Assembly: GCA_950097015.1 (NCBI GenBank)
Contig: CATNEN010000033.1
Coordinates: 2,852,001-2,916,000, forward strand
Length of the DNA: 64,000 nucleotides
Source: Macrostomum hystrix
Taxonomy: Eukaryota > Animalia > Platyhelminthes
Direction of reading: 5' to 3'
The position numbers and the translations under genes were made by a program. The notes beneath the pieces were generated by a model, which ran no database searches, had not been told where the DNA came from, and was given only the letters and a program-made list of their open reading frames with translations. Below, piece by piece: positions 60,471 to 64,000 of this stretch (positions are counted from its first letter, which is position 1; each line of letters starts with the position of its first letter).

Positions 60471-60806
60471 CGGACGAAAATGGGGAGAAAATAAAAATAT
60501 GAATGCTCAGCAACTCCATTCCCCCGAAACAATAAGCTATAGTTTATAGCACTTACCGATCATTGCCATTTCATGTTTGGCGTGGATTAAGACAGGTACT
60601 TCGCTATAATAATAGATAATAATAATAATAGTCCGTAATATACTTCGCTATAGTTGCTTTGCAGTCGCTCCAAGTCATTGCTGACAATCTCGGCAATGTA
60701 TGAAGATTATACTTTGGATGGACCCGGTTGCGCGACTCATTTATTCAGCCTTTTGCGCGACGCATACCTGCTAGCTACGAGCAGTAGCAGTGTAGCAGTG
60801 CCGTCA

Positions 60807-61355
60807 GGGGCCGATTTCACGAAACACTGCTAACAGCTATTTAGCCACTGCTAACTGCTAAAAGCAGTGGCTGGGTTTCTCAAAGTGACTGCTAAGTAGC
60901 AGCGTCTAGCTGTCTATGGCTAGCAGGTCAGATCGTGTGCCGAGGGTGGGAGAGTCGATTTCACAAAGCTACCAGACGTCGACTAGCAAGGCTAAACTAA
61001 CTGCTGCTTTTCAGCCAGCCTCAACCCTGGTTAGTCAATGAATTTCCTCTATCTTCACAACCTCCTACAAGACGGTCCGCATCGGGAGCCACGCGTTTAC
61101 CTCGATAGGCGGAATTTCGCTGTCAGTGCTGAATTCACACAAAGATTCCGACTGAGTCCAGCTAATGCGGAGCATCTTGTGCAAAGAATTGGTCCTCAGC
61201 TGGCGCCTTCTACGCAGCGAAATTGTGCTCTGTCCCCACGGGAACAAATCTTGACTGCTCTGCGCTTCTACGCAACGAATAGCTTTTATCACGTGCTACG
61301 GGATGCGCATGGCCCATCGACTGCGTCCGTCTGCCGTGCAGTTAGAACTGATGAA
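60807..61355 (+). mobile_element. PIF/Harbinger transposon 5' fragment
   Basis: Terminus ggggccgatttcacgaa; ORF 61038..61373 FTQRFRLS...ALSPREQILTALRFYATNSF...GPSTASVCRAV is typical of the HARBI1/Harbinger N-terminal HTH. It is truncated by a mariner end. Confidence 0.85.
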
Positions 61356-61449
61356 TGTTTTTTTTATCAGTGACGTGAGTTTTAATAAACTAAGCTTCAC
61401 CAGTTTACCTGTGCATCGATTTTTACCGCTTTTTCTGGGACACCCCTCG
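61356..61449 (+). mobile_element. Isolated mariner-like 3' end/TIR
   Basis: ...ccgctttttctgggacacccctcg|TA is the reverse complement of a typical TA|cgaggggtgtcc mariner terminus. Confidence 0.55.
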
Positions 61450-62591
61450 TATAAATGATCTGCGAAAGTAATATCTGTTTATATGCATATGTTTCATTAT
61501 ACTTTTGCGAAAGCGAAAGAAAGAACGTAAGTTCAGAGCGCACAAAGTACGAGATTATATTTGTACTTTCACAAACACACCTGCGTGCTCCACAGTGCCC
61601 CAGTGTGAAAAGATATGAGTTTAGCAGTTCTATTTTTAGAAATATCTGAAATACACTTGGGAGATCAATAAAAGGTCTTTCAGCCTTTTCGCGACAGATG
61701 CGCTATGGCCTGACATTTTTACCGACTATTTATAACCGGGTTTTTTTACACCAGGAAGCCGACCATTTTTGCAAGCGCATCGACCTTTTTTACCGACTAT
61801 TTATAACCGCGTTTTTTGAATCAGGAACCCGACCATTCTTTCACTTTTCTGTGTGTGGCCTAGTGACCTTTAGACTGGATTTCCCTTTGTACATAGAAAA
61901 TGAGGGGAATTCTAAACCACCCTTGTAAAAAACCCGGGAGTCTGTTGTCGGCGGTAAAAAATGGTCGATGCATATTTTGTGTGTGCATACACAATATGAG
62001 CGTCTAGATGCGTACAAAGCACTAGACTGCGATGATTCGCGCACGACACGCGTAGACAGCACATCGTTTATTAACATTGCGACATCGTCGTAAAGATCGG
62101 CGTTCAGAACCAATTCTTCTGCGGCATCGGCATCTCCATGTGGCACTGTCACATCATATAGCTGTTCATCCGAAACGTTGTTGACATCAGCAATGATGAT
62201 CTCCATTGCGACATCAAACAATTCGTCGATGTCAGCTTTCGACTGGGCAGCGAAGTCAGATCCAGTGACAGCAGCAGCAGCAACACAATCAGTATTGGTA
62301 GACACAACTTGGGTAGCGGCAGGTTGCATCAAGTCAAGCAGAATCTGCGCCATTTCAATGTCTTCCTCGTGACCGGATGATGTGTCAGTCATGCAATGTC
62401 GACTTTGAATAATCAGATGCTTAATCGAATACCAACTTTTAGTTTTATTAATCAGTTAATTAATTTCAATATAACTAATGGTAGCAGTGTTTAACAAAAG
62501 AGTTGTTACATTCAAATCTGGGTTACTAGCAGCACGATTAGCATCGCCGGGCTCTCCTTCAGTGCCAGTGCCGCCATTGTTGCTGTGACTG

Positions 62592-62623
<32 letters not shown>

Positions 62624-64000
62624 TATATTGGTGACTGTATATCGGTCAATTGCGCTGCGGCAGTTGCAATTGGCCGACTAAATCACGTGTCGGATTAGCG
62701 TTCACAATAGAAAATCTCTGATTGTAAATGCGCACTACACCTGGGCGATGCCATACGTACTGAACACGTTGACGTGAAGGCAGAATAGCAAAATCAGAGT
62801 CTGAACTACTATCTGAGCTGTGCCTTCGTCGACGTCGCTCAGTGCCAATCACGACATCCGTGCTGCTACTGACGGTAGGGCACGAGATCGGTTTGTCGTT
62901 GCCAGAGTTGTGATCCTCTCTGTCGATATCTCGATCTCCGCCATTCTGCCGCCCACCCAGGGATGACATGTAGTTATTTATTTTTTACGATTAATTCATT
63001 GTTTTCAGAATTAAATTCGAATCAAAAGTCACTCTTCTCTTCGCCACTCATGAAATGCTATCATTTAAATAGTCTGAAACCATAGGCCTTATCTACCATC
63101 ATTCCTGTCGCTTCTTTGACTCTCTCTAGCCTCTCTTATGACTTTCTTGAAGTAGCTGCTGTTTGCCGTTTTTTGTTGCTTGCCGCTTCTTACTCGGACT
63201 GTCCTTCTTCTTCCACATCTCAGTCGCTTTTTCTCCGCTCGCTTGTTGGCGCCGCCGAAAACTAGCTCTAGGGACAGACGAATGCAATTTATTTTTAGCA
63301 ACAGCAGCTTGTACCATTCCGATTTAGGGTATAAAAAACCAGTGACACTGGATTTAAGAATGCTTAACATTCCCAAACCACCTTTCTAGGTGGGTATCAA
63401 GGACTAGTAAAGTAACGTTTCTACTTTAGTAGTCCTTGGTGGGTATTCGAACAGAAAGATTTTAATTTTGCAGAGATGTCGTGAGACCAAACAAACATGC
63501 CCCATAGTGGTAAGAGAGACAAATATCGACTCAAAAAATTGAAAATGCGAGGATGATACTAAATTCTCGTGACACTCGTTATCAATGTCTACTATAACAT
63601 GCACTAAAATTTGTCTTTACGTTGCCTCAAAGTATTCAAAGTGTGTTGATGATCTCATTATACTTAGATTGTCATTTCAAAGTGACACCTGCAGGTTCAT
63701 TGACCTTTGGTGATGACCAATAGTCTGCCTTATATAGACTATTATCTGTTCATATAGAAGCAGCTAGGAGTGAAAAGCTTTCATTTCTTTTTTTTATATC
63801 CACAAACGACCGGGAAAGAGAGTTGGAAAACTATATGAATCCACGGCAGCGCATCCTATTGTGAGCTCGAGTACAGAGCCGACACAAAAAATTTACTAAG
63901 ATATCCGTGGCTCCTTTTTTATATTGAAGCAATTAGTTGTGCGACGCATGTGGTGAATCAGATGGTTGCTGCGCAGGAAAACTCCAAACTTAATTTCCAA

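Overview
This is eukaryotic (metazoan) genomic DNA: GT-AG introns, GC-rich exons with poly-Q/A/G/P runs, and many intronic minisatellites. The style suggests a flatworm such as Macrostomum, but that is inference only. Three spliced host genes could be reconstructed by hand. (1) The 5' part of a Src-family kinase on the minus strand (myristoylation motif, SH3, start of SH2; it runs off the left edge). (2) A complete 5-exon Golgi alpha-mannosidase II (GH38, about 1145 aa, minus). (3) A complete 15-exon FARP gene (FERM-DH-PH-PH, about 1277 aa, plus), divergently oriented to the mannosidase. About 19 unrelated minisatellite arrays (roughly 11 kb in total) all lie inside these genes, several starting just after a splice donor and some built from splice-signal-like units. 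Mobile DNA includes an apparently intact IS630/Tc1-like element with 135-bp IR/DR-type TIRs and an unusual DD30E catalytic spacing, several decayed mariners, a hAT element (8-bp TSD) nested inside a Merlin remnant, Harbinger, Crypton-like and gypsy-like fragments, tRNA-derived SINEs, and a Penelope-type hammerhead ribozyme motif. The region 48-64 kb is mostly decayed transposons. There are no CRISPR arrays, rRNA genes or convincing tRNA genes.
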